From the NCBI GenBank assembly GCA_964615985.1, contig CAZTQX010000001.1, positions 18,978 through 82,977 on the forward strand: DNA of 64,000 bases. The letters run 5' to 3'. Under the pieces are notes generated by a model, which was given only the letters and a program-made list of their open reading frames with translations, made no database searches and was not told the origin of the DNA. The position numbers and the translations under genes are program-made. The stretch comes from an uncultured Gammaproteobacteria bacterium (GTDB lineage: Bacteria; Pseudomonadota; Gammaproteobacteria; JAUZRS01). This document shows positions 40,636 to 49,991 of this stretch, in pieces; positions within the stretch are counted from its first letter, which is position 1; each line of letters begins with the position of its first letter.

Positions 40636-42345
40636 ATGAGTTCGATTACAGCCTCTCCGATACGCCATCTCATCGTTGTTATTACGGTTGGTTTTGTGGC
40701 GGTTTTTCTGTTGGTGTGGCTGTTATCTGCACCCTTATTTTTATTGTTGCTGGATTTTGATCTCCTCTATCAGCAATCATTGTTGGCGGCGGTCAGCGCC
40801 AGCATGGTCTTCTGGGTTCTTTTTTCATTTGAGTTGAAAACATCGCGGCACAGACAGGTGATCAATGCGAACCTGCATCGGCGGCAACTTTCGACTCAAA
40901 CGAAAAGCGTCTGTCAAAAAAGTGAAATGGGTTCTGCTTTGTTGTTAAGTCATCTGAACCGCTGTCAACAGCAGGTGGCGGACTTTCACAGCGAGATGCA
41001 GCAGCCGTTGTTGGAGCTGTTGGGTGAGTTAAACAGCCGCCAACAGCAGCAACGGCTGTTGGCGTTGCAAGGCGATTGTGAGCAGCGTATCGAGACACTG
41101 CGCGAGACGTTGGAGCAGGATTCTGAGGCGATGTTGCTGGCGCTGGCTGATGATGAGGTGGTTTTGTCAACGGAGCTGTTGCTGCAACAGAGTCGCACGG
41201 TGGAGAAAATCAGTGGGTTTGCGTTGCAGGGTGCGCTGGCCAGTCAGAATGCTTTGCAGTTGTGGGTTCGTTTGACCCTACCGGATGCGGAGTTGGCGCG
41301 GGAAAGTGACGTGAGTCAGCAGGTGGAAGCGATTCGAGAACAGGGTTTGGAGTACGCTCTGGATGTGGTGGAGCAGATGTTGTTGACGTACAAACAGGTG
41401 GAGGAGTTTCATCATATTCTGGATTCGCAATTGGATGGCGTTGAGCAGTTGACCGAAGAGGCATCGATGGATCTGATGCAGAACATTCAGCAGATTGAGT
41501 CGGCGGCTGAGGATTCAATGCATCAGGTGCGTAAAGCGATTACAGACTCTGCCAGCTTGAGTCAGTGCGGTCAGAGCCGTGTCAGTTCCATTCAGAACAG
41601 CATTGATGATCTGCGCGCTTATGTGGATGAGCGTAAAAGTGACAATATCAATCACTCACAGCAGATTGAGCAGGTCTTACAGGAGGTTGGTAAGTTGAGC
41701 GGTTTGGCTGAGATGGTGAAAAACATCGCCTTTCAGACCAATATTTTGGCGCTTAATGCATCAATTGAAGCGGCACGAGCTGGGCAAGCGGGCAAAGGGT
41801 TTTCGGTGGTGGCCGGTGAGGTACGCCGTTTATCGGAGCAGTCAGAAGAGGCCGCCAATCACATCGGCGAGGGGATTGAAAAAGCGATTGGTTCGGCGCA
41901 TCAACAGATGGATTATCTGTTGGATGAGGAACGTATGGCCAATGAAAATCGGCGTTTAACGGCTTTTGTGACAGATTTGAGTCAGATGGCGGGTATGTAC
42001 GCGGAGTTAGAGAACTTGAATCAGACACTCTTTGATCAGACTTCAAGCAATGTGGAGAAAATTACCAGCTTGACCGTGGAGACTTTCGCGCGGATTCAAT
42101 TTCAGGATATCACGCGCCAACGGTTGGAACAGATCAAGACAGCCCATGAGATGATTGATCGCCATATTATGGCGTTACCGGCGGCGATTTTGGAAAAGAG
42201 TGCGTTTTACGCTCTGGACGGTTTGGAGCTGGATGCGCTTTATGAGGGCTACTACATGGAAGATCAGCGCCAAATTCATCAGCAAGCCACCGGCATGGCT
42301 TGCCCAACCCCGCAGCCAGAGCTGCCTAAGATTGAGCTGTTTTAA
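40636..42345 (+). CDS. transmembrane methyl-accepting chemotaxis protein
   Basis: 569 aa with two N-terminal TM helices and the tip motif [38 protein letters not shown]. Confidence 0.88.
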   Translation: MSSITASPIRHLIVVITVGFVAVFLLVWLLSAPLFLLLLDFDLLYQQSLLAAVSASMVFWVLFSFELKTSRHRQVINANLHRRQLSTQTKSVCQKSEMGSALLLSHLNRCQQQVADFHSEMQQPLLELLGELNSRQQQQRLLALQGDCEQRIETLRETLEQDSEAMLLALADDEVVLSTELLLQQSRTVEKISGFALQGALASQNALQLWVRLTLPDAELARESDVSQQVEAIREQGLEYALDVVEQMLLTYKQVEEFHHILDSQLDGVEQLTEEASMDLMQNIQQIESAAEDSMHQVRKAITDSASLSQCGQSRVSSIQNSIDDLRAYVDERKSDNINHSQQIEQVLQEVGKLSGLAEMVKNIAFQTNILALNASIEAARAGQAGKGFSVVAGEVRRLSEQSEEAANHIGEGIEKAIGSAHQQMDYLLDEERMANENRRLTAFVTDLSQMAGMYAELENLNQTLFDQTSSNVEKITSLTVETFARIQFQDITRQRLEQIKTAHEMIDRHIMALPAAILEKSAFYALDGLELDALYEGYYMEDQRQIHQQATGMACPTPQPELPKIELF

Positions 42346-42998
42346 ACGCTGACCTTGGCAGGCCACAATTCCTCGATTTTTTCCGGAGCCAAGTAGACCA
42401 GCAGATAAACTTCTGTCTGCCCACCATCAAAGACCTGCACCTCAAGGGCGTAATTACGATCATCACTCATCAGTAAATAGTAGCTAAAGGCGGTGCCTTC
42501 GTCGGCATCTTCGGGTAGTGACAGACCGCGATAATCTTGCTCATAAAAATAAGCGTTATGCCCCTGTTCTTGACGATAGACCGGCGCAACCCAGCCGTCG
42601 AACTCTTCTGCTTCCGCGATGCGTTCCAAAACGTGATGAGTGCCTGTTTCGGGATCAAGCAAGTCGATAAAAGCATCCATATCGAAAATTTGCTGCACAT
42701 CGTCCGGCAGCAGTGGAATGGCAACCTCCAAGCGTTCTTGCTGGCGCTCTTTAACCACCGCCAAACGCAGCAGGCAACCATCGCTGTTTTCAGTGGTGAA
42801 GACGGTTTTGCGCTTCTGCTCACCGCCCAGATCGTAGCTGTGAACGTCCTCAATAACAAAAGATTGGTTGCTGATGGCGGCTTGGGCGGCAAAGCCGAAT
42901 TTGGCGATGTCGCCCACTTGCAGGTTTTTGGGGTGCTCCAGCCGCCGAGCCGGAGGTTCGTCCGTTTCGGAGCTGAAGATACTTTTGAAAAAACTCAT
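42342..42998 (-). CDS. YjfK-like protein (DUF2491)
   Basis: 218 aa, the same size as E. coli YjfK, and directly downstream of a PspA/IM30-family gene. Confidence 0.5.
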   Translation of the reverse strand: MSFFKSIFSSETDEPPARRLEHPKNLQVGDIAKFGFAAQAAISNQSFVIEDVHSYDLGGEQKRKTVFTTENSDGCLLRLAVVKERQQERLEVAIPLLPDDVQQIFDMDAFIDLLDPETGTHHVLERIAEAEEFDGWVAPVYRQEQGHNAYFYEQDYRGLSLPEDADEGTAFSYYLLMSDDRNYALEVQVFDGGQTEVYLLVYLAPEKIEELWPAKVSV

Positions 42999-43697
42999 CT
43001 AGCCACCGGCCTGCTGTTTGGCTTTCAGGCGTTCCAAAATGGAGTTGCCGGAAGCCGCGCCGCTGACGATGCCCGCTTCTTTGAGTTTGGCGCTCAGATC
43101 GGCACCGCTGCCTTCGTTTTGCAGCTCCATCGCCGCCTGCATCTGATCTTGGCGTTTCTGCTGTTTGGCTTTGATCCGTTCCAGCGAGTCAGTGGCCGAA
43201 CGCATGGAGGAGTTGCTGCCAGAGAATTTGGCTGCTGCTGCTGAATTGGCTTTGTTGACCGCTTCGGTGGTTTTCACCACGGATACTTCCCGCTCCATCG
43301 CTCGCACGTTGCGCTCGGTCTCATTGATGGTCTTTTTCAACTGACTGACGTTGTTGTTGTAGCCGTCGAGTAGTTTTTGTTGGGCATCCAACTCTTCGCT
43401 GATCTCAGCGATTTTGTTCGCTACTTCCAGAGCCAGAGCATCGTTGCCGGATTCCATCGCTTTGATGGCGTAACCTTCGTGTTCGGTGACGGAAGCAGAC
43501 AGTTGTTTGACCTTGCGATCCACGCCCATTTTTTCCGCCATCACACCGGTGAGACTCTGTTTGGCTTGATTCAGGTGGGTGCGTGCATCGCGCATCTCTT
43601 GATCGAGAATTCGCAGGGCTTGGGTGTCCACAATCGCTTCACCCACTTCGGTGGCTCCGCCACGGACGGCAGTCAATAATTTGTTCCAAATGCTCAT
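42999..43697 (-). CDS. PspA/IM30 (Vipp1/ESCRT-III-like) family protein, YjfJ-like
   Basis: 232 aa coiled-coil protein whose N-terminus MSIWNKLLTAVRG...QALRILDQEMRDA is typical of PspA/YjfJ. Confidence 0.8.
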   Translation of the reverse strand: MSIWNKLLTAVRGGATEVGEAIVDTQALRILDQEMRDARTHLNQAKQSLTGVMAEKMGVDRKVKQLSASVTEHEGYAIKAMESGNDALALEVANKIAEISEELDAQQKLLDGYNNNVSQLKKTINETERNVRAMEREVSVVKTTEAVNKANSAAAAKFSGSNSSMRSATDSLERIKAKQQKRQDQMQAAMELQNEGSGADLSAKLKEAGIVSGAASGNSILERLKAKQQAGG

Positions 43698-43706
43698 AAT
43701 GAACTC

Positions 43707-44126
43707 CTAGTTCAGATAGTCTTGCAGGGTTTCGATGGCGCTTAAGCTGTTGTCGCTCAGCACACAAATTTCATCAATCAGATCATCCAGTGAGGGGTTG
43801 GCGCTCATGGCTCCAAAGATCAGGTATTGATCGCCGACTTTGCCAAACGAAGAGAGCGGCATGGGTAGGTTCATGGTGGTCATGGCATCCAACATGGCGC
43901 AGCGCTGTTCGGCTTTGACCTCTTTTTCAGCCCAAAGATAGCTGGTGCAGAGCAGTTGCTCAGCGTCGAGGCTGATAAAAATAGGGAACTCTTCGCGGTC
44001 TTCAATCTCCACTTGGATCACTTTTGATCCGTCGTGATCCATCATGGTGGCGGAGAGTTTCATCCCTTCTTCGGTCTGGTGACCGTTCAACTCTGTGGCG
44101 AAATTGGCCAGTGCATCGTTGCTCAT
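43707..44126 (-). CDS. YjfI-like protein (DUF2170)
   Basis: ~139 aa acidic protein immediately upstream of the PspA-like gene, matching the yjfI-yjfJ-yjfK order of E. coli. Confidence 0.5.
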   Translation of the reverse strand: MSNDALANFATELNGHQTEEGMKLSATMMDHDGSKVIQVEIEDREEFPIFISLDAEQLLCTSYLWAEKEVKAEQRCAMLDAMTTMNLPMPLSSFGKVGDQYLIFGAMSANPSLDDLIDEICVLSDNSLSAIETLQDYLN

Positions 44127-44244
44127 AATAACTCCTGATTGAAAAAAGACCTTGTTGCCAAGGAGATGTAAACGATATGGGGGGTGTGACACGCATTTCA
44201 AGAATAAATTTCAGAGGCTTGGAAAAAAGCCCCTGTTGGAGGTT

Positions 44245-44829
44245 TTAGAAACGCTGGTTATAGAACAGGCCGAGGCTGCTGCCATCAATGGTGCCACCGA
44301 CATTGAAGCTCGTGCCATTGAGGGAGACTGAATTAATGGTGTAGTCAATAGCGGTGAAACGCAGACCAAGGGAGCTCTGTTTTGAAAGGCCGTAAGCACC
44401 CTGAATGACAAAACCAATAGCGTTATCGAAGTCTAGGGTTAAGGAAGCGATACCTGGGCTGGTTTCATCGTAGCTGGGAGCAAGATGGTAGGTGATGCCT
44501 GCTGCCAGTTTGATTTTTTCGTTGAGGGTGCTTTGAATAAGCATCTCCAATGGAAAACGAACAATGCTGGCATCACCATCGCTGGCGGTGAGAGAGCCGT
44601 ATTTCCAGCCAAGGCTGGCCAGAACAGAGAGGTTTGACATGCTGGGAATGGTGGATTCATAACCCAGAGCGAGATAAAAATCGCCCCCAGCAGTGAGTTC
44701 GGTGCCGTCAGTGAGAGAGGCTAAAGTATCTCCACCGGCTTCAATTGCAGCGCTAAAAAAGGGGGCATTTGCAAAGGCAGAGGCAGATGAGAGAAGCAGA
44801 GCGAGAGATAAGGCAGTCTGTTTTTTCAT
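44245..44829 (-). CDS. small outer-membrane beta-barrel protein (paralog A)
   Basis: Signal peptide MKKQTALSLALLLSSASAFA, alternating amphipathic strands and a C-terminal aromatic residue (…YNQRF). Confidence 0.7.
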   Translation of the reverse strand: MKKQTALSLALLLSSASAFANAPFFSAAIEAGGDTLASLTDGTELTAGGDFYLALGYESTIPSMSNLSVLASLGWKYGSLTASDGDASIVRFPLEMLIQSTLNEKIKLAAGITYHLAPSYDETSPGIASLTLDFDNAIGFVIQGAYGLSKQSSLGLRFTAIDYTINSVSLNGTSFNVGGTIDGSSLGLFYNQRF

Positions 44830-44953
44830 GTGAAAATTCCAACAGTAATTACGATAGAGGTGGGGTTCACCGTGATAAAGGGTCGTAAACATGTTGGCAA
44901 TATATCGAAATTTTGGGGCGAAAGTCCACTTTTGTGCTAGGTGTGGAGTTTTT

Positions 44954-45580
44954 TTACCAGTTAAGCCCGATAAACAGCCCCAAGCTGTCGCCGTTGATGG
45001 TCTTGCTGAGGTCGGGAGATTCATAGTCGATAAAGGTGTAGCGCAATCCCATATCGAAACCAAGTGTGGCCACAACTTCTCTTCCCTCTAAATCTTCGGC
45101 GCGTTCGCCGTTTATACCGATATGGTAGTTGGCTTGCAGGACAACGCCAAGTGCATTATCAAAGTCGATGATAAATTTATTGAAACTGGAAGGGTTCAAT
45201 GGGTCGGGAAAATTATCTCGGTAATCAGGGGCGACGTGGTAACTGACTCCACCGCCGATGGAGAGGCGTTGGCTGACGTTGGCTTGCAGAATCAGCTCCA
45301 GAGGAAAGCGGGTGAAATCTGCCTCGCCGTTGTTGGCGATCAGACTGTCGTTTTTAAAGCCGATGCTGCCAGAGAGGCTGAGTGGTCGCAGAAGCGGGAT
45401 ACGATAACCGGCGGCGAAGTAGGCAAATCCACCTGCTTTGAGTTTGGAGCTGTAGAGGGCATTGTCTTCGGCTAATGTGTCGCCGCCGTATTCGATGGCC
45501 ATTGTGATAAAGGGGCTGCCTGCGTGAGCCGTAGGGGTGAGTAGTAAGCAGGTGAGGGCAAACAGGAGTGATCGATTCAC
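44954..45580 (-). CDS. small outer-membrane beta-barrel protein (paralog B)
   Basis: Signal peptide MNRSLLFALTCLLLTPTAHA and a C-terminal ...GLFIGLNW. Shares IEYGGDTLA and FPLE motifs with paralog A. Confidence 0.7.
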   Translation of the reverse strand: MNRSLLFALTCLLLTPTAHAGSPFITMAIEYGGDTLAEDNALYSSKLKAGGFAYFAAGYRIPLLRPLSLSGSIGFKNDSLIANNGEADFTRFPLELILQANVSQRLSIGGGVSYHVAPDYRDNFPDPLNPSSFNKFIIDFDNALGVVLQANYHIGINGERAEDLEGREVVATLGFDMGLRYTFIDYESPDLSKTINGDSLGLFIGLNW

Positions 45581-45606
45581 GGAGATATTCCTAAAATAGG
45601 GGGGCG

Positions 45607-45765
45607 TTAAAAGGTTCGGCGGCCGCTGTTTTTAGGGGTGGATTGATGATCGCCGCCATAACCACCACCGTAACCGTGATCATGGCCATGATTGGGTTCA
45701 CCGAAAAAGCAGCCACTGAGTAACAAAGTGGTGATGAGGAGCGTAAGCAGGGCAGTGATTTTCAT
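45607..45765 (-). CDS. His/Gly-rich mini-lipoprotein (52 aa)
   Basis: Hand-translated as MKITALLTLLITTLLLSGCFFGEPNHGHDHGYGGGYGGDHQSTPKNSGRRTF. It has a lipobox LSGC. Too short for the ORF track. Confidence 0.45.
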   Translation of the reverse strand: MKITALLTLLITTLLLSGCFFGEPNHGHDHGYGGGYGGDHQSTPKNSGRRTF

Positions 45766-45888
45766 AGTGTTGATAAATTCCGTTGAGAGAAAATGATTCT
45801 ACCCAAGCTCCTTGGTTATCTCAATCCCACAATGCTGTCCTCGTTGGAATGTCGCCTAAAACTAGCAGGGAAAATATGGAATTTGCCC

Positions 45889-47613
45889 CTACAAATCGGA
45901 GCTGTTCAGGTGGTAAATACCCTGTTCCTGTTGCCAATCCTGTTGATGGTATTGGTAGGCTTGCATTGTGCCAAGGCGATTGACCTTGATGCTGTCGATG
46001 CCGTGAAAGAAGTCGCGGCCAAATTCAAAGGCGGCCAAAAGGTTGCTGGGCGTACTCCAACCATCGTCGATGGGTAGCTCTCGGAGCTGCTGAATGCGTT
46101 GTTTTGGGGAGCTGCCTTCACGGGTGGCAATGCTCCAGCCCCACTCTCCAAAAGAGGGGACGTTGTGATGATACTGCTGAACATGCTTGAAACCGGCCTG
46201 CTTGAGGGTTTTGCCGATGCTCAAAAAGGTGCGCCGAGCATGGTAGGGCGAGGTGGATTGCACCACCAGCGCACCGTCTCCTGCCAGCAGCAGTTTCAGT
46301 TTGGCGTAGAAACGACTGGAGTAGAGTTTGTTCAGATCGGGGTGGCTGGGGTCGGGCAGATCGACGATGATGCTGTCAAAATAGCGCTGCTGGGCGATCA
46401 ACTCATCGACGCCGAGAAAGGCATCACCAAACTGAGGCTGCACGCGAGGATCGGCAAAAGCGTGTTGGTTCAGCTCCAGCAATCGTTGATTGACCGTTTC
46501 TCCTTGAATATTTAAGGGTTCGGCAAACAGCCGTACCAGAGCGGGATCCAGATCCAATAGCAGTACTTCTTGTGGGTTCCAGCGCAGCACGTCACGCAGT
46601 GCCAAACCATCACCGCCGCCAATAATTAGAATCTTGTCATGTCGAGCGGATGCCGCCAGCGCCGGTGCGGTGAGCAGGGCGTGGTAGAGGTGTTCGTCGT
46701 TGCTGGCAAACTGGGTACGGCCATTGATGTAAAAGGTCAGCACAGAAGGTTGTTCGGCGCTGATGAGCCGTTCGGTGACGGTGAGGCGTTGGTAATGGGT
46801 ATTGAGTCGATAGACCACTTTGTCTTGATAGAGCAGGTCTTCCATCTGGGCATCCCAATCGCTGCCAAAAAGGGCGATGCTCAGCACCAGCAGAGCGGTG
46901 ATGCCGTGTGCCAGTAGCAGTGGAATACGGGAGGCGATGCGCTGTCGAAACAGCAGCAGAAACAGCAGTCCCATGATTAAGTTGGCGCTGGCGGTCAGGG
47001 CGGCGGCGTACGAGACTTCCAGAGTGAGCATAAAACCGACCCAAAGCGCTGCGCCAATGCCCGCACCAAGATAATCCATGCCGTAGATGGAGCCGGTGTT
47101 GTGGGTCAGGTGCTGGCTGTAGAGGGCTTGGCGCACGCGCGCCATCAAGGGGATCTCCATGCCGATCAAAAAACCCAGCAGAGCGGCCATGAGATAGGGG
47201 CTGATGGCGGCGACCTGTTCGACTTGCTGTAGAAAGCCGCCGTTGGGCAGCAGATCCGGTGGTAGGGCAAAGGTCTCCATCAAGACTTGTGGCAGTCGAG
47301 TGCTGAAGGCGAACAGCAGAGCGATGAGCAAGACCGCCGAGGAGCCGAGCAGTGCCACCACCAGCTCCAGCCAAGCAAAACCGCTGAAGGGGTTTTTGAC
47401 CAGCCGCGCAGCGAATGCACCCAGACCCATCGAGACGATCATGATGCCGATAATGGTGTAGATGACACTTTCCATGCTGCCCAGCACTCGCCCAGCGTAG
47501 TGGGAGAGTAGGTATTCGTAAATCAAGCCACAGCCTGCCAACACCATCATAATGGAGAAGATGGCTAGATCGTAGAGCAGCAGAGAGCGGGGTTTGGTTT
47601 CGGCGGTGGTCAA
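45889..47613 (-). CDS. membrane-anchored spermidine synthase-like aminopropyltransferase
   Basis: 574 aa with ~8 N-terminal TM helices and a C-terminal SpeE fold (ILIIGGGDGLALRDVLRW, LLLDLDP). Confidence 0.75.
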   Translation of the reverse strand: MTTAETKPRSLLLYDLAIFSIMMVLAGCGLIYEYLLSHYAGRVLGSMESVIYTIIGIMIVSMGLGAFAARLVKNPFSGFAWLELVVALLGSSAVLLIALLFAFSTRLPQVLMETFALPPDLLPNGGFLQQVEQVAAISPYLMAALLGFLIGMEIPLMARVRQALYSQHLTHNTGSIYGMDYLGAGIGAALWVGFMLTLEVSYAAALTASANLIMGLLFLLLFRQRIASRIPLLLAHGITALLVLSIALFGSDWDAQMEDLLYQDKVVYRLNTHYQRLTVTERLISAEQPSVLTFYINGRTQFASNDEHLYHALLTAPALAASARHDKILIIGGGDGLALRDVLRWNPQEVLLLDLDPALVRLFAEPLNIQGETVNQRLLELNQHAFADPRVQPQFGDAFLGVDELIAQQRYFDSIIVDLPDPSHPDLNKLYSSRFYAKLKLLLAGDGALVVQSTSPYHARRTFLSIGKTLKQAGFKHVQQYHHNVPSFGEWGWSIATREGSSPKQRIQQLRELPIDDGWSTPSNLLAAFEFGRDFFHGIDSIKVNRLGTMQAYQYHQQDWQQEQGIYHLNSSDL

Positions 47614-48275
47614 GATTGCAGCCGTTGATCTAAGTCATGTAAGCGTTCAGGGGTGCCGATGTCGAGCCACTCGCCTTGATGGTGTTGGCCGCTGATCTGA
47701 TTGTGCTGCATGGCGTTTCTCAACAGCGGTGCTAATGGCGCGGAGCCAGTGGGGAGAGGCTGAAACAGCTTTGGGTGGTAGAGGCCGATGCCGCTGAAGG
47801 TCAGCTTTTGGCCTCCGTTCGGCTCTGAATGCAGCAGAGCATCGTGCAGATAAAAATCGCCCTCAGGGTTGTGAGCAGGATTATCGACCATGACGAGGTG
47901 GGCAAGTTTTCCGCCTGCCAAAGTTGAAGGCAGCGCTGCATCGCACCAGATGTCGCCATTGATGACCAAAAAAGGCTCGCTGCCCAGCAGTGGCAAGGCG
48001 TTTTTGATACCGCCTGCGGTCTCCAGAGCGCGATCACCTTCGTTGCTGTAGTCGATTTTGAGGCCGTAAGCGGAGCCGTCACCCAGCGCCGTTTGGATCT
48101 GTGCGCCGAGATAAGAGAGATTGATGACCACCTCACGAATGCCCGCGCGATGGACTCTCTGTAGGTGGTATTCGATCAAGGCTTGGCCGCCGACTTTGAG
48201 CAGCGGTTTGGGGCAGTGATCGGTGAGAGGACGCATCCGCTCTCCTCGCCCTGCGGCCAGAATCATTGCTCTCAT
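47610..48275 (-). CDS. murU: N-acetylmuramate alpha-1-phosphate uridylyltransferase
   Basis: MRAMILAAGRGERMRPLTDHCPKPLL is a nucleotidyltransferase N-terminus. Paired with an AmgK-like kinase gene. Confidence 0.8.
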   Translation of the reverse strand: MRAMILAAGRGERMRPLTDHCPKPLLKVGGQALIEYHLQRVHRAGIREVVINLSYLGAQIQTALGDGSAYGLKIDYSNEGDRALETAGGIKNALPLLGSEPFLVINGDIWCDAALPSTLAGGKLAHLVMVDNPAHNPEGDFYLHDALLHSEPNGGQKLTFSGIGLYHPKLFQPLPTGSAPLAPLLRNAMQHNQISGQHHQGEWLDIGTPERLHDLDQRLQS

Positions 48276-49345
48276 TTAGAGAGCTTCTCTTCGATTTTTA
48301 ATTCGTGCATCAGCTGGGCAAAACTTTGCAGTTCGGGGTAGATTTCACAGACCTCAAGGATGTAGGCAAAGGTGCGTGGAATGTCTTTCAGATAACCCGA
48401 TTTGCCATCACGATGATTGAGGCGCGCAAAGATGCCGATGGCTTTCAGGTGGCGCTGCATCCCCATCAGATCAAACCAGCGCAGATACTGTTCTCGTGGC
48501 ACTTCGATGCCGCTGCTGTGAAACCACTGTTTCTGGAAATTTTTCACCCACTCAATGACCTGATCCCGTGGCCAGCGGATATAACAATCTTTCAGCAGTG
48601 AAACCAGATCGTAGGTGATCGGCCCGCTGACCGCGTCCTGAAAGTCGATGATGCCGGGATTGTGCTCGGTGTTGAACATCAGATTACGAGAATGAAAGTC
48701 ACGATGGACAAAACAGCGTGGCTGTTGCAGTGCGGCTTCGCTGAGCTGATCGAAGCTGTTTTGGATGATTTTTTTGGCACCCTGATCTAGGCTGATAGCG
48801 AGTTCTTTTGCCAAGAACCAGTCGCTGAAGAGCTGCATTTCCCGTTGTAACAACTGGGCATCGTAAACCGGCAGTTGTTCATGAGGTGTGCAGATCTGCA
48901 ATACCTGTAACGCTTCCATCGCATCGCCGTAGAGTCGATCAACCCTTTCAGAGTTGAGTTTGTCCAGATAAGATTCAGTGCCTAAATCACTGAGTAGGAT
49001 AAAACCCTGTTGTAGGTCGTGAGCCAGAATGTGCGGTACAGGCAGACCTTCGCTCTCTAGCAGAGTGCCGATCTCCACAAAGGGCTGGCTGTTCTCTTTT
49101 TCCGGTGGCGCGTCCATCACAATGAGGCTGTCAGTGTTGGTCTGAAGGCGAAAATAGCGTCGGAAGCTGGCATCGCTGGAGGCGGGGGTTAGCTCGCCTT
49201 GTTGATCGGGATAAACTTCGTTGATCCACTGTTGCAGTTGTTCTAGGCGACGGTCGGTTGGCATGAGACTCTTCTGTGTTGAATGAGAGGGGGCGTGTTG
49301 TGCCGATGAATGCGGAATAGTAGCGGTCTGTCGCAAAAAATCCAA
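48272..49345 (-). CDS. amgK: anomeric MurNAc/GlcNAc kinase (aminoglycoside-phosphotransferase fold)
   Basis: APH-family motifs (FVHRDFHSRNLM, IIDFQDA). The start is either TTG at 49345 or ATG at 49264. Confidence 0.78.
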   Translation of the reverse strand: MDFLRQTATIPHSSAQHAPSHSTQKSLMPTDRRLEQLQQWINEVYPDQQGELTPASSDASFRRYFRLQTNTDSLIVMDAPPEKENSQPFVEIGTLLESEGLPVPHILAHDLQQGFILLSDLGTESYLDKLNSERVDRLYGDAMEALQVLQICTPHEQLPVYDAQLLQREMQLFSDWFLAKELAISLDQGAKKIIQNSFDQLSEAALQQPRCFVHRDFHSRNLMFNTEHNPGIIDFQDAVSGPITYDLVSLLKDCYIRWPRDQVIEWVKNFQKQWFHSSGIEVPREQYLRWFDLMGMQRHLKAIGIFARLNHRDGKSGYLKDIPRTFAYILEVCEIYPELQSFAQLMHELKIEEKLSK

Positions 49346-49388
49346 GGTTTGTGGCTTGCGTCATGCCTTCGGCTGGGTCTAAGCTTGC

Positions 49389-49991
49389 GTGCAATTTTAT
49401 CTGTTTAGGAGCAGTTGCGTGTTAAAACCTTTTTTGTTCGGTCTCTCTCTCTCTCTGTTGGCCAGCAGCGTTGTCAGCGCTTCCAGTTTGGACATCAGTC
49501 TCAGTAGCAAAACCGCTAATTTTACCTTTTTGAGTGATGCCAGTGCCTTGGGCAGTGGTGGCGCGGACATTGGTGTGGGGGTCTTTTACGATGACTCCAG
49601 TAACTACATGGCCAATGCTAATATTTTGGTTTTAGGCCATCCCGCCAGCGAAGCACTGCCGGTGCAGTTGGGCGTGGGTGCTAAGGCCTATGTGGCCAGT
49701 TTGGAGGGAACCGATGAGAGTGTGGCGGCTGTGGGTCTGGGTGGCATTGCCCGTTACATCGTTCCGGCTGAGATTCCCATTGGTCTGACTCTGGAAGCCT
49801 ATTACGCTCCCGCCATCACCAGCTTTGCGGATACCGAAGAGGTGGCGCAAGTGGAAGCGCGGGTTGAAGTGAACGTGATGCCAGCAGCACGGGCGTATTT
49901 GGGTTATCGCTATCTAAAAACACGCCTCAAATTGGGTGGGGATGTGGTGCTGGATGACCGTTTGCATCTGGGCATCCGTTTGAGCTTCTAA
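49389..49991 (+). CDS. outer-membrane beta-barrel protein (YfaZ/OmpW-like size)
   Basis: Signal peptide ...LFGLSLSLLASSVVSA, C-terminal ...LGIRLSF. The true start is probably GTG at 49419, 7 nt after AGGAG. Confidence 0.65.
   Translation: MQFYLFRSSCVLKPFLFGLSLSLLASSVVSASSLDISLSSKTANFTFLSDASALGSGGADIGVGVFYDDSSNYMANANILVLGHPASEALPVQLGVGAKAYVASLEGTDESVAAVGLGGIARYIVPAEIPIGLTLEAYYAPAITSFADTEEVAQVEARVEVNVMPAARAYLGYRYLKTRLKLGGDVVLDDRLHLGIRLSF
49442..49456 (+). repeat. (TC)7 dinucleotide repeat inside the signal-peptide coding region of an OMP gene
   Basis: tctctctctctctct, which encodes LSLSLL. Confidence 0.9.

Noticed and set aside
45581-45888. Possible small RNA or regulatory element in the 300-bp gap between the OMP paralog and the SpeE-like gene
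   Set aside because: The gap is largely explained by the 52-aa lipoprotein ORF with its own start and signal peptide. I could see no convincing terminator-flanked structured element.
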